This document shows, in pieces, positions 18,665-28,498 of a stretch of DNA of 64,000 bases. Positions within the stretch are counted from its first letter, which is position 1; each line of letters begins with the position of its first letter. The translations under genes and the position numbers were made by a program. Source of the stretch: Oscillospiraceae bacterium (lineage in GTDB: Bacteria > Bacillota > Clostridia > Oscillospirales > CAG-272); the NCBI GenBank assembly GCA_015063695.1, contig SVTQ01000005.1:5572-69571 (forward strand), given 5' to 3'. The notes beneath the pieces are model-generated. The model was not told where the DNA came from. It did no database searches and worked only from the letters and a program-made list of their open reading frames with translations.

Positions 18665-19666
18665 TTATTTAAGTCCGAACCATGCAATGGCACAGCATAG
18701 AACGGTAATGCCCGTAAAGAGAGCAACGATGCCGATCTCACTGAAGCCGCTCTTTTCAAAATGGTGATGAATGGGAGCCATCTTGAAAAGTCTCTTTCCG
18801 TGGGTCAGCTTGAAGTAACCTACCTGAAGCATTACGGATGCGGTTTCGATTATGTATATAAGTCCGACTATCACTACGATAAGGGGATTGCCAAGCATAA
18901 ATGCCGCACCTGCAACCACCGCACCGAGGAAGAGAGAGCCTGTATCACCCATAAATACTCTTGCGGGATAGAAGTTGTAAACGAGAAATCCGAGAACACC
19001 GCCTGCAGTCAGTGCGCCGAGCACTGCCAAAGGAATATTCTGCGCTTCTCCGCCGAGGTATGCAGCAAGAACAAAGAATACGGATACGGCAAAGGTAACG
19101 CTTGAAGCGAGACCGTCGATACCGTCGGTAAGGTTTACGCTGTTATCGATACCTACGAGAAGGAAAAGTCCGATCACGTAATATGCAAATTTAAGTTCAA
19201 GCTCAACACCGATGAAAGGAATATAGAGCGCCGTGGAGATATGGCAGAAGAAGTGAAGTCCTGCAAGGTAGAGAGCCGCCGCCGCTATCTGAAGAGCAAA
19301 CTTCTGCTTTGCGGAAAGTCCTTCGTTCTGCTTTTTTCTGAGCTTTGCAAGGTCGTCAATAAAACCGATCATTGCGCAAATTACGCCGTAAGCAACAGTA
19401 AGAATAAGGGGAACTACTGTCTCAAAGCCGCTTTTTATGCCGAGATAAACGGATGCCGCGATGCAGGAGATAACTATTGCTATGATAAAGGAGAGACCGC
19501 CCATTGTGGGGGTTCCCTCTTTGCTTTTATGCCATCTGGGACCGATCTCAAGGATCGGCTGACCCATCTTCTTACTTTTGAGAACGGGAATAAGCTTTTT
19601 GAGAATGAGCACTGTAAGTACAAAGGGTACAAGTGCAGAAAGCAGAGTCAGAAGAATATCCGTCAT
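18665..19666 (-). CDS. mraY: phospho-N-acetylmuramoyl-pentapeptide transferase
   Basis: Polytopic membrane protein with NLTDGIDGLA and MGDTGSL motifs, dcw context. Confidence 0.95.
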   Translation of the reverse strand: MTDILLTLLSALVPFVLTVLILKKLIPVLKSKKMGQPILEIGPRWHKSKEGTPTMGGLSFIIAIVISCIAASVYLGIKSGFETVVPLILTVAYGVICAMIGFIDDLAKLRKKQNEGLSAKQKFALQIAAAALYLAGLHFFCHISTALYIPFIGVELELKFAYYVIGLFLLVGIDNSVNLTDGIDGLASSVTFAVSVFFVLAAYLGGEAQNIPLAVLGALTAGGVLGFLVYNFYPARVFMGDTGSLFLGAVVAGAAFMLGNPLIVVIVGLIYIIETASVMLQVGYFKLTHGKRLFKMAPIHHHFEKSGFSEIGIVALFTGITVLCCAIAWFGLK

Positions 19667-19696
19667 ATTTTTATATTCCTTTCGGAGTTCTGATTT

Positions 19697-21145
19697 TTAT
19701 TTTTTGCATCCGTTTTTGTAGGATGCCTTGAGGGCATCAAGAACTTTTTCCGCGGCAACTCCGCGGCTTGCCTTTACGAGGAGAATGTCACCGGGTTCTA
19801 TTGCCTTTTTTACCATTTCGGCCATGACCTCAGGTTTTCCGATATCGGAGCAAACGTATACGTGTTCAGCTCTGACACCTTTCTTGATAGCAGCTTCGGC
19901 AACACAGTCAGCCATTGTGCCGTAGCAGAACAGCTTTTGAATCTTCATCTGAGCCGCATACTGACCGAGCTGGTCATGGAGAAGTCTGCTTGATTCTCCA
20001 AGCTCAAGCATATCACCGAGAAGGGCACAGGGGTTCACTCCATCCTTCTGAGCCTTTGAAACAAGCACTTCAATTGCCGCTCTCATTGACTCGGGACTTG
20101 CATTGTAGCAGTCTTCGATAACTGTTATATCTCCAACGGGATATATCTTTTGACGCATATCGGTGCTGACAAAAGAGAGAAGGCCGCGTCTTATGGAATT
20201 CTCGCTCATACCGAGAAGCATACCGATCTTAAAAGCGCACAGCGCGTTATAAATATTATGACGTCCAAGGGTGGGAATCTCAACGTTTACGTAGGCGTTA
20301 CCGTCACCGAGAATATCGAAGATCATGCCGTCCGTGTTCTGTCTTGCGTTGATTGCTTTATAGTCGGCAGTTTTGCTGTAAAGACCGAGATAGCATACTT
20401 CGGGGGCTACAAAAGCATTCTTATCTGCAAGAAGAGGCTCGTCACCGTTGAGAAGAAGAACTCCGTTTTCATTCATACCTTCGGCGATCTCAAGCTTTGC
20501 CTCGCAAATATTCTCACGACTGCCGAGGTTTGCTATATGGGAGGTTCCTATATTTGTGATGATACCGAAGCGAGGCTTTGCAAGCTTTGTCATAAAGCTT
20601 ATTTCCCCTCTGTCCGACATGCCCATTTCAAGAACTGCGACCTCACACTCGGGCTCAATTGAGAAGAGGGTCATGGGAAGACCTATCTCGTTATTGTGAT
20701 TACCCTCTGTCTTCATTGTATTGAAGCTTTCCGAGCAGACTGCCGCTACAAAGTCCTTTGTGGTCGTTTTACCTACACTGCCCGTAACTCCGATCACAAC
20801 TGCACTGCTGAAGTCTCTGTAATATCCCGAAAGGATGCCGAGGGCGTTTACCGTGTCCTCAACGATCACTGCACAGAAATCACCCGCGCTCTTTGCCTCT
20901 TCGGGAACGTATGATGCAAGGATAACGGATGCCCCCTTTGCGACTACGTCTGCAATATATTTATGTCCGTCGGTGCGCTCTCCCTTGATGGCGCAGAAAA
21001 GGCTGTCCTCCTCTGCATCTCTTGAATCGTATACTACGGAAGAAACGTTCTTTGTTCCTCCGTTTCCGTACACCTCGAGGACTCCGCCTGTTACCTTTGC
21101 TGTTTCTTCCGCTGTGAGAGTTTTAAGTGTCAACTTAGCTTTCAT
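19697..21145 (-). CDS. murF: UDP-N-acetylmuramoyl-tripeptide--D-alanyl-D-alanine ligase
   Basis: GVTGSVGKTTTK P-loop, Mur ligase middle and C-terminal domains, position between murE and mraY. Confidence 0.93.
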   Translation of the reverse strand: MKAKLTLKTLTAEETAKVTGGVLEVYGNGGTKNVSSVVYDSRDAEEDSLFCAIKGERTDGHKYIADVVAKGASVILASYVPEEAKSAGDFCAVIVEDTVNALGILSGYYRDFSSAVVIGVTGSVGKTTTKDFVAAVCSESFNTMKTEGNHNNEIGLPMTLFSIEPECEVAVLEMGMSDRGEISFMTKLAKPRFGIITNIGTSHIANLGSRENICEAKLEIAEGMNENGVLLLNGDEPLLADKNAFVAPEVCYLGLYSKTADYKAINARQNTDGMIFDILGDGNAYVNVEIPTLGRHNIYNALCAFKIGMLLGMSENSIRRGLLSFVSTDMRQKIYPVGDITVIEDCYNASPESMRAAIEVLVSKAQKDGVNPCALLGDMLELGESSRLLHDQLGQYAAQMKIQKLFCYGTMADCVAEAAIKKGVRAEHVYVCSDIGKPEVMAEMVKKAIEPGDILLVKASRGVAAEKVLDALKASYKNGCKK

Positions 21146-21335
21146 CTTATCCTCCGTTCACATCAGTTGTTTTCAAGGTTTCTTCGAAAGGTGTTCTTTA
21201 CAGTTTCCAAGCGGAAAGAAAGACCACATTTCTAATATCATAATATTATAACATATATATTTCAAAATTGCTATATGTAAAGTAACAATTTTATATTTTT
21301 TCATTTGTTTTAAAACAATATTTATTTTTAATACT

Positions 21336-22820
21336 TCAAAGAGTTCCGAATTTATTGAAGACGGCGTTTTTTATTATTTCTCTCTCGGGAAAAGGGTGTC
21401 TTCCGTTTTTGTCTATTATGTACTCCTCGTGGCCTTTACCAAGGACAAGAATGACGTCACCCGCCGAGCTTTGGTACACTGCGCTTTCAAGAGCTTCTTT
21501 TCTGTCCCCTATAACGCAGATCTTCTTTTTGTCTTTTATGCCGTCAAGGATATCTCTTCTTATTTCGGAGGGTTCCTCCCCTCTCGGGTTATCATCGGTA
21601 ATTATAACGCGGTGGGCATATTTTTCGGCAATCGCTCCCATCACGGGTCTTTTTCCCTTGTCACGTTCCCCGCCGCATCCGAAGACTACAGTAAGCTTCG
21701 AGAGCTCCCTCGTGAGCTGTCTTGTTTCCGAAAGCACTCTTTCAAAGGAATCGGGAGTATGTGCATAATCGATTATTACTCTCGGCACGTCGTGCCCGAA
21801 GCAGACAGTTTCAAATCTTCCCGAAATGCCGCGAAACTCAGCCACCGCATTTGCAATGATATGAGGTTCAATTCCTCCGTACAGTGCCGCCGCAGAGGAA
21901 AGGAGCGTGTTATACAGAGCGTTTTTGCCCACAGTCACAGACATTACGGGAAAGACGGTCTCCCTGCAGCAAAACATATATTCTATGCCGTAAAATCCGT
22001 GATCTCTGTACATTGCCGCCGTTGCCCACACCCGTCTGTCAGCCGCTGTTTCGGGGGTTGCGGAAACCGCAAGGGCACGTGGAAATTCATCACATAATCT
22101 CTTCCCGTAATGGTCATCGTAATTTACGAGAAAGCTTTTTGATTTTTTCGCAAGAAGGCTTTTTGCTCTGTAATAATTCTCCATTGAGCCGTGAAAGTCA
22201 AGATGCTCGGGAGTGAGATTTGTGAAAAGCCCCAGATCGATATGCATACCGTCAAGCTTTGAGTGTGCAAGGGCATGGGACGAGGCTTCCATAATTACGG
22301 TGTCACATCCTGCATCTTTGATTTTACGAAGATACCCGTACAGCTTTTCGGGGTCGGGGGTAGTCATGTTGTCCTCTCCGCAGTCAAGCTCCTCTCCGCC
22401 TCCCCGTTTGTAAACCGTACCCAACATCCCCGTTTTTCTGCCGGCTCTGCCATATATATACTCAAGCAAGGCGCAAACCGTGGTTTTTCCGTTTGTCCCC
22501 GTTACGGCTATAATTTTCATATCCCTGTCGGGGTTTCCGTAAAAATTTGAACAGACCTTTGCCGCGGCACTCCTCACATTTTCAACTCTGATAACGGGGA
22601 TCTTTGAAAAAGAAATCTCTCCTTCGCATAAAACGCAGGATGCCCCTTTTTCTGCCGCCTCCGCGATATAATCTCTTCCGTCCGCCTTTGACCCTTTAAG
22701 GGCTGCAAACAAAGCTCCCTTCGTTACTTTTTTTGAATTGAAGCAAACGGAAGAAACGTCCGTCGTTTCGTTATAATCCCCCTTTGCCCCGCATCCCTCA
22801 AGTAATTTTCCAAGTATCAT
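21336..22820 (-). CDS. murE: UDP-N-acetylmuramoyl-L-alanyl-D-glutamate--2,6-diaminopimelate (or L-lysine) ligase
   Basis: AVTGTNGKTT P-loop, DNPR motif (ITDDNPRGE), dcw position. Confidence 0.93.
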   Translation of the reverse strand: MILGKLLEGCGAKGDYNETTDVSSVCFNSKKVTKGALFAALKGSKADGRDYIAEAAEKGASCVLCEGEISFSKIPVIRVENVRSAAAKVCSNFYGNPDRDMKIIAVTGTNGKTTVCALLEYIYGRAGRKTGMLGTVYKRGGGEELDCGEDNMTTPDPEKLYGYLRKIKDAGCDTVIMEASSHALAHSKLDGMHIDLGLFTNLTPEHLDFHGSMENYYRAKSLLAKKSKSFLVNYDDHYGKRLCDEFPRALAVSATPETAADRRVWATAAMYRDHGFYGIEYMFCCRETVFPVMSVTVGKNALYNTLLSSAAALYGGIEPHIIANAVAEFRGISGRFETVCFGHDVPRVIIDYAHTPDSFERVLSETRQLTRELSKLTVVFGCGGERDKGKRPVMGAIAEKYAHRVIITDDNPRGEEPSEIRRDILDGIKDKKKICVIGDRKEALESAVYQSSAGDVILVLGKGHEEYIIDKNGRHPFPEREIIKNAVFNKFGTL

Positions 22821-22900
22821 AATTCCTCCGCAAAAAACAAATTTTCTTTTGAGTTCCTTTGATTTTCACGGTCTTTTTTATTTTTCGTCAGAGTATATTT

Positions 22901-22930
22901 GAGCCGCAAGCTGGCATCAGCTTGCGGCTC
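22901..22930. other. 13-bp perfect GC hairpin between the PBP gene and murE
   Basis: GAGCCGCAAGCTG-GCAT-CAGCTTGCGGCTC, 27 nt after the PBP stop. There is no U-tract on the minus (sense) strand. Confidence 0.8.
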
Positions 22931-22956
22931 CTTTTACTTCCTTTTTGTTATTGGCA

Positions 22957-25404
22957 TCAGCCGTCAGAGCTGATTGCGTGACGCATTTCAACTGTTACAA
23001 GAGTACCTCTTGGTACCACTTCGCCTGCCGCAGGATACTGTGTTGAAACGGTGGCGGTTGCGCCGTTGGTTGCTCCGACTATGCTTACGTTGAGTCCGAG
23101 ATTTGTGAGAATTCTGTTTGCCGCCTCCGCAGTTTTACCTACAAGGTCGGGGACAGTGATATCTGCTTTGGGAGCTTCGCTTCCCGTATAGAGGTAAACA
23201 ATACCGTCCTGCTTGGAAATGGAACTGCCGCCTTCAGGTATCTGGGACACTACGGTGGGGCCGTCACCCATTATCTTATAGCTTATCTCTCTCCACTCAA
23301 GATCGGCTATCGCATTATCTCTTGCCGAACCAACATAATTAGGTACGCTTATTTCAGCGGTCTTCATCTCTTCCGCGGTATAAACGGGTTCATAGCCCAT
23401 ATAAGGAAGAATGAAGGAGAGAAGGTTTGAGACGTAGGGAGCCGCAACAACACTTCCGTATACACTGCCGTTTGACGGTTCGTCAACTACGATGAGCACT
23501 GCGACCTGAGGGTCGTCTGCAGGTGCAAATGCCACGCAGGAACCTACTCTGAGAGATTTTTCGCCGTTGGCATCAAGCTTATCTCGCTTTTCGGATGTAC
23601 CTGTTTTAGCCGCTACCTTATATCCTTTTACGTATGCGTTTCTCGCACCGCCGTCACCCGAAACACCTTCTTCAAGGATCTGAGCGATGGTGTTACAGGT
23701 CTCTTCGCTTACTATATGTCTTTTAACGTCGGTCTCGTAAGTTTCGATTACGTTTCCGTCATCGTCAACGATCTCTTTAAGTACGTGAGGAGTTACAAGA
23801 TACCCCCCGTTCGCAACGGATGAAATTGCCGTTATCTGCTGAAGAGGTGTGGTCTTGAAGGTCTGACCGAAGGAATATACCGCAAGTGATGCGTTTGTAA
23901 AGTCCTTGAAGCTGTGATACATTGCAGATGCTTCGTTGGGAAGGTCAATTCCTGTGAGGGACGTATAACCAAACTGTTCGAAGTAGTTGTAGAACTTTGT
24001 CTGACCCAATCTGAGACCGAGGGTCATGAGCACGGGGTTGCAGGACTGCTGAAGTCCTACCGCAAAGGATACCTGACCGTGACCCGTTCTCTTATGGCAG
24101 TGAATGGGTTTCGGATATCCTTCGATGGTCATTGAACCGCCGCAGTAAAAGCCTTCGTCAACTCTTACCACTTTTTCTTCAAGAGCCATGGCGGTCGTCA
24201 TGATCTTGAAGGTTGAACCGGGTTCATAGGTTTCCGTTATCGCCTTATTTTTCCACGCGGTGAACAGCATAAGCTGTTTTTCCTGGGTCTCATACTCCTC
24301 TGTTCCCGGAGTGAGTTTGGAAAGCTTTGCAAGCGCATTTGCATCAAGGGCTGAATGAAGAGCATCGAAGTTCTCGGCACTTATGGTTCGGGGATCGTTA
24401 AGGTCGAAGGAGGGGTAGGTCCCCATTCCGAGAATACCGCCCGTGTTTACGTCCATTACGATTCCCGTAACTCTGCACGCCGCTTTATGGTCTTTAAGTG
24501 CATTTTCAAGCTGGTTTTCAAGCTCGTACTGTATATACATATCAAGAGTGGAAACAAGGTTATAACCGTCCTTCTCTTCCACGTAAGTCTCGTATTCAAA
24601 GGGCATATCCTGATGATGAGCATCCTGAGCTGTAATATATCTGCCCTTGGAGCCTTCCATAAGGTTATTGTAATACTGCTCCATACCGTAGGCTCCTCTG
24701 CCGTCCACGTCGGTAAATCCGATCACGTGAGAAGCGAGTGAATCATAGGGGTAATATCGGATGGAGGTTGCTACGAGATAAAGCTGAAGCTTAAGCTCGT
24801 ATTTATCAATAAATTCTCTTATTGCGTCGGCGGTGTCTTCGTCAACAAGTCTTGCGACGACCTCGTAACGTCTTCCCACCTTCTTTGTTTTCTCCATGAC
24901 TTCGTCGTATTCAACGTCTTCTATAAGTCCCGAGAGAAATCCTGCGATAAGTCTGTCCATGGTGAGGTCTTTTTCAAGAACACCGTCAAAATTCTGCCAT
25001 TCGAAAACAGGCTGTTCGTTTTCCTTTTCTTCACCTTTGCTTCTAAGAGAGATCAGAAAATCAACTATTTTTTCTATAAATCCGTCTTCCTCGACTTCTT
25101 CCTCACCCTTTGCATTCGGGTCGGTTATATCGAGGATATCCTGGGGAGAGATTACAACCATATATCTTGTTGCGTTTGTTGCAATTACGTTTCCGTTGGT
25201 ATCGTGTATATCTCCTCTTTCGGGATTTACTTCTATTTCCGTGGTCATCTGCTCAAGAACAAGGTTCTGGTAGTATTCGTGGTCGATGACCTGCATTTTA
25301 AACAAGGATATTATTATAAACAGTGCAAATGCAAAGAACACAGCAAGCAGAAAATAAGCTTTTTTATGGGTTGCTCTGTCCATTCTCATGTTAAACCCTG
25401 CCAT
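22957..25404 (-). CDS. class B penicillin-binding protein (FtsI/SpoVD-type) with two PASTA domains
   Basis: Transpeptidase motifs STFK (GSTFKIMT), SCN and KTGT. An N-terminal TM segment. Two PASTA repeats at the C-terminus. AAAGGAG RBS before ATG 25404. Confidence 0.9.
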   Translation of the reverse strand: MAGFNMRMDRATHKKAYFLLAVFFAFALFIIISLFKMQVIDHEYYQNLVLEQMTTEIEVNPERGDIHDTNGNVIATNATRYMVVISPQDILDITDPNAKGEEEVEEDGFIEKIVDFLISLRSKGEEKENEQPVFEWQNFDGVLEKDLTMDRLIAGFLSGLIEDVEYDEVMEKTKKVGRRYEVVARLVDEDTADAIREFIDKYELKLQLYLVATSIRYYPYDSLASHVIGFTDVDGRGAYGMEQYYNNLMEGSKGRYITAQDAHHQDMPFEYETYVEEKDGYNLVSTLDMYIQYELENQLENALKDHKAACRVTGIVMDVNTGGILGMGTYPSFDLNDPRTISAENFDALHSALDANALAKLSKLTPGTEEYETQEKQLMLFTAWKNKAITETYEPGSTFKIMTTAMALEEKVVRVDEGFYCGGSMTIEGYPKPIHCHKRTGHGQVSFAVGLQQSCNPVLMTLGLRLGQTKFYNYFEQFGYTSLTGIDLPNEASAMYHSFKDFTNASLAVYSFGQTFKTTPLQQITAISSVANGGYLVTPHVLKEIVDDDGNVIETYETDVKRHIVSEETCNTIAQILEEGVSGDGGARNAYVKGYKVAAKTGTSEKRDKLDANGEKSLRVGSCVAFAPADDPQVAVLIVVDEPSNGSVYGSVVAAPYVSNLLSFILPYMGYEPVYTAEEMKTAEISVPNYVGSARDNAIADLEWREISYKIMGDGPTVVSQIPEGGSSISKQDGIVYLYTGSEAPKADITVPDLVGKTAEAANRILTNLGLNVSIVGATNGATATVSTQYPAAGEVVPRGTLVTVEMRHAISSDG

Positions 25405-25519
25405 TTGAACTCTCCTTTGTCAGTTATAATATTTATATGCCGTAGGACTTAAAAAATTACAAAAAGTGGTGACTTACCGTTCACCACTTTTTTGCCGAAG
25501 ACGGTCCGTTTTCGGGAAA

Positions 25520-26410
25520 TCAGTCAATATACTCAAGAACTCTTTCCCAGTTGCCGCCCATAGCGGAAAGAAGTGTTGAGAAAAGTCCTTCCGTTTCTCC
25601 TTCGCCGTTGTCTGCGGAGATAACTTCTATTCTTTCTCCGTCGGCTATGGATACGTATTTTGTTTCAACGTAGTCACTCTTTACCATGCCGATAACGTTG
25701 GTTGCGTAGTCTTCGATCTCTCTGATATCGTCGCGGACTGCGAGAAGGCCTTCAAGATGTTCTCTTTCAGCCATAAGTGTCTGCTTTTCAGCCTTAAGTT
25801 CGTCAACTCTCGCGTTCAGCTGAGCGTATGATGAATATGTAAAGAGCACTGTCATAAGCATTACCGTGCAGAGAATAACGGAAACGATAAGGCTCTTTGA
25901 CACGGGAAGTGTCTTAACTCTTTTTTCGCCTGTTTCATTTTCGTCCTTTTCGGTGAATGCGTGCCACATATCAACAAGAGAGAGCCTTGCTTTCGCTGTA
26001 TGGGTCTTCTTCTCGATTGCCGCATCCTCACGGTATGCGCGGTCATATGAGGGGCGTCTGCGTGACTGAGCACCAATGTCACGCTGAGCACTCATAGCTG
26101 CCCATGATCTTACACGCTGTGCTCTGGCAAAAGCATAGCCGTAATTTCCGTCGGATACAAAATTCTCGAAAGAAGGCTCGCGCGCCGCTTTTTTGGCGCT
26201 TGTAAAACCGGGAATCTGCTTAACGGCATTGGATCTTGCATCTCTTGCCATTCCCGATCTTCTTCTGTTTTCTGCAGTTGCCTGCGCTTTCTTACGGGAG
26301 ATATCTTCTGTTATATTTTTTGCATTTGTGCAAGCCGCGTCAACACGGTTTCTGTACTTTGCTGTAAGTCTTGTGCAAAGTTCTTCGTTTGTCATATTCT
26401 GATAGGTCAT
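25520..26410 (-). CDS. FtsL/DivIC-like septum formation protein with a long N-terminal cytoplasmic region
   Basis: Position between rsmH and the PBP gene. A single TM segment (LIVSVILCTVMLMTVLF) is followed by a coiled coil (LNARVDELKAEKQTLMAEREHLEG). Start moved to ATG 26410 (AAGGGAG RBS). Confidence 0.6.
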   Translation of the reverse strand: MTYQNMTNEELCTRLTAKYRNRVDAACTNAKNITEDISRKKAQATAENRRRSGMARDARSNAVKQIPGFTSAKKAAREPSFENFVSDGNYGYAFARAQRVRSWAAMSAQRDIGAQSRRRPSYDRAYREDAAIEKKTHTAKARLSLVDMWHAFTEKDENETGEKRVKTLPVSKSLIVSVILCTVMLMTVLFTYSSYAQLNARVDELKAEKQTLMAEREHLEGLLAVRDDIREIEDYATNVIGMVKSDYVETKYVSIADGERIEVISADNGEGETEGLFSTLLSAMGGNWERVLEYID

Positions 26411-26533
26411 TTGACTATCTCCCTTCTGAAATCTGTTTATGGACAAGTAATTTACTTAATTTATTAAGTCGCTTTGCAAAAAAATCTTCCTTAATTAATA
26501 AGGCAACGGGAGAGCGTCCGTTTTTCCCGTTTA

Positions 26534-27472
26534 TCAGATCTTTTCGACTCCTCTGACCTTTGCGCTTCTTGAACGGGGGTTTACCGCAAGTTCATCGTCC
26601 TTCGGGGCGAGAGGCTTTTTGGTCAGTATTTTTACGGAAGGCTTCTTTCCGCAGACGCAAACGGGAAAATCTCTGGGACATTCACAGGGATTAGCCATTT
26701 TAACGAAGGTCTGCTTTGCAATTCTGTCCTCTCCCGAATGGAAGGTTATAACTGCTGCTCTTCCGCCCACGTTAAGTCTTGAAATTGCTTCTTCGAGAGA
26801 AGGCTCTATAACTTCAAGCTCTCCGTTTACTTCAATTCTTATTGCCTGAAAGGTTCTCTTGGCAGGATGCTGAGCTTCCTTTTTTCTTGAAGCCGCGGGA
26901 ATCGACGATGCGATTATATTTGCAAGCTCAAGAGTTGTTTCGATAGGCTTTTCTGCCCTTTTCTTTTCGATATTGGAAGCGATAAATGCGGCAAATCTCT
27001 CTTCGCCGTAATCGCTTATGATTCTTCTGAGCTCGTCCTTTGAGTATCCGTTCACCACGTCCGCTGCGGTAATTCCACAGGAGGTATTCATTCTCATATC
27101 AAGGGGAGCATCGTGCATATAGGAAAATCCGCGCTCAGGCTCATCAAGCTGATAGGAGGAGACACCGAGGTCCCACATTACGCCGTCTATCTTTTCGATG
27201 CCGAGCATATCGAGCACTGCGCCTATATTTCTGAAATTTGATTTTACTACCGTACATTTATCACCGAAGGGTTTCAGTCTTTCGGTACATGCGGCGATTG
27301 CCGCATCGTCCTGGTCGAGACTTATAAGCCTTGAGCCTTCGGGAAGAAGCTTTGCTATTTCATAGGAGTGTCCGCCGCCGCCTGCCGTACAGTCAACGTA
27401 TATTCCGCCGCGCTCGGGCTGAAGGATCTCAAGACACTCTCTTACCATTACGGACACGTGGGAAAATTCCAT
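26534..27472 (-). CDS. rsmH: 16S rRNA (cytosine1402-N4)-methyltransferase
   Basis: HVSVM...GGIYVDCTAGGGGHS SAM motif, follows mraZ. Start moved to ATG 27472, after the mraZ stop at 27480. Confidence 0.95.
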   Translation of the reverse strand: MEFSHVSVMVRECLEILQPERGGIYVDCTAGGGGHSYEIAKLLPEGSRLISLDQDDAAIAACTERLKPFGDKCTVVKSNFRNIGAVLDMLGIEKIDGVMWDLGVSSYQLDEPERGFSYMHDAPLDMRMNTSCGITAADVVNGYSKDELRRIISDYGEERFAAFIASNIEKKRAEKPIETTLELANIIASSIPAASRKKEAQHPAKRTFQAIRIEVNGELEVIEPSLEEAISRLNVGGRAAVITFHSGEDRIAKQTFVKMANPCECPRDFPVCVCGKKPSVKILTKKPLAPKDDELAVNPRSRSAKVRGVEKI

Positions 27473-27479
27473 TGTTTCC

Positions 27480-27902
27480 TCACAGTCTGTAAGCGGAGAG
27501 CTTTGCAGCTGCCGCCGCGGGATCAAAGCCTCTGTTATATGCTTCCCATTTATCGGGAGCCCATATTTCAGCGCGTTTTCCGCATCCTACGATAACTGCG
27601 CCGTCCTTAAGACCTGCATATTCCATATAAGAAGCGGGAATAAGAATTCTTCCCTGAGAGTCAACCTGAACGTCCGTCGTACATCCGAAGAAGTAACGGA
27701 GGAGGTCTCTGTCATCTGTTTCGGAAACAGCTTCAAGAAGTCTGTCTCTGTATGCTTCCCAGTCTTCAACGGTCATGATGTAAAGATTCATGTCAACGCC
27801 CATACACAGATAAAGTGAAGAGCCCAGCTTTTCGCGATATTTTGCAGGGATAAACATTCTGCCCTTGCCGTCTATGGTGTGTTCGTACTGATTTGTAAAC
27901 AT
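27480..27902 (-). CDS. mraZ: transcriptional regulator MraZ
   Basis: Two SpoVT/AbrB-like halves with DGKGR (IDGKGRMFIP) and DSQGR (VDSQGRILIP). Start moved to ATG 27902 (AGGAGG RBS). Confidence 0.93.
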   Translation of the reverse strand: MFTNQYEHTIDGKGRMFIPAKYREKLGSSLYLCMGVDMNLYIMTVEDWEAYRDRLLEAVSETDDRDLLRYFFGCTTDVQVDSQGRILIPASYMEYAGLKDGAVIVGCGKRAEIWAPDKWEAYNRGFDPAAAAAKLSAYRL

Positions 27903-28067
27903 CAAGCGGGCCTCCTTTCTCTGTTTTTCAGCAGACATCTGCATAAAATCTTAACTCTTTTTATGGTTTTTGAGCTGTATTTCACTCATTTTGCACCGTT
28001 TTGATGCATTTCACTTTAATTTTACACCACTTTGATTGTTTTTTGGTGTTCTAAGAGTTGTGTTTTA

Positions 28068-28096
28068 ATTATACTACACCTATATAAAAAAATCAA
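28068..28096 (-). promoter_or_regulatory. candidate sigma-A promoter of the dcw cluster
   Basis: Minus strand: TTGATT (28096..28091), 17 nt, TATAAT (28073..28068). It lies ~165 nt upstream of the mraZ ATG. AAAGTG-type boxes lie between it and mraZ. Confidence 0.4.
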
Positions 28097-28339
28097 TAGC
28101 TTAGAGCAATATTTTTTACAAAAACAGAAAAAATATATAAAAGTTTTTTGCATTTCCCTATAATCTCCGTCAAAAATACCCTTGTTTTTTACAAATATTG
28201 TAAAACAGTGCCTTTCCCTCTGTTTTCACGCTTGTTTTCTTTTAAAAATGTCGTTTTACACATTTGCAAAATTGACACTTTTTGCTACGGTTTTACAAAA
28301 AGTTAACATCTTTCGCGGCGCATCGGGCGGGGAAATAGC

Positions 28340-28373
28340 AAAAAAATACCCTCGGGCGAATTTCCCGAGGGTA
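28340..28373 (-). terminator. rho-independent terminator after coaD
   Basis: Minus strand: TACCCTCGGG-AAATTCG-CCCGAGGGTA followed by TTTTTTT. Confidence 0.75.
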
Positions 28374-28498
28374 AATATTCAATTCATCCAAACTGCACGG
28401 ATGATTTTCTCAAAGTGCACACATAATGGTTCAGGCATCCTTTCTGATTGTTCTGCACTTTACGTTTTCGTTCTTTCCGATAGCTTCTCTATGCACTT

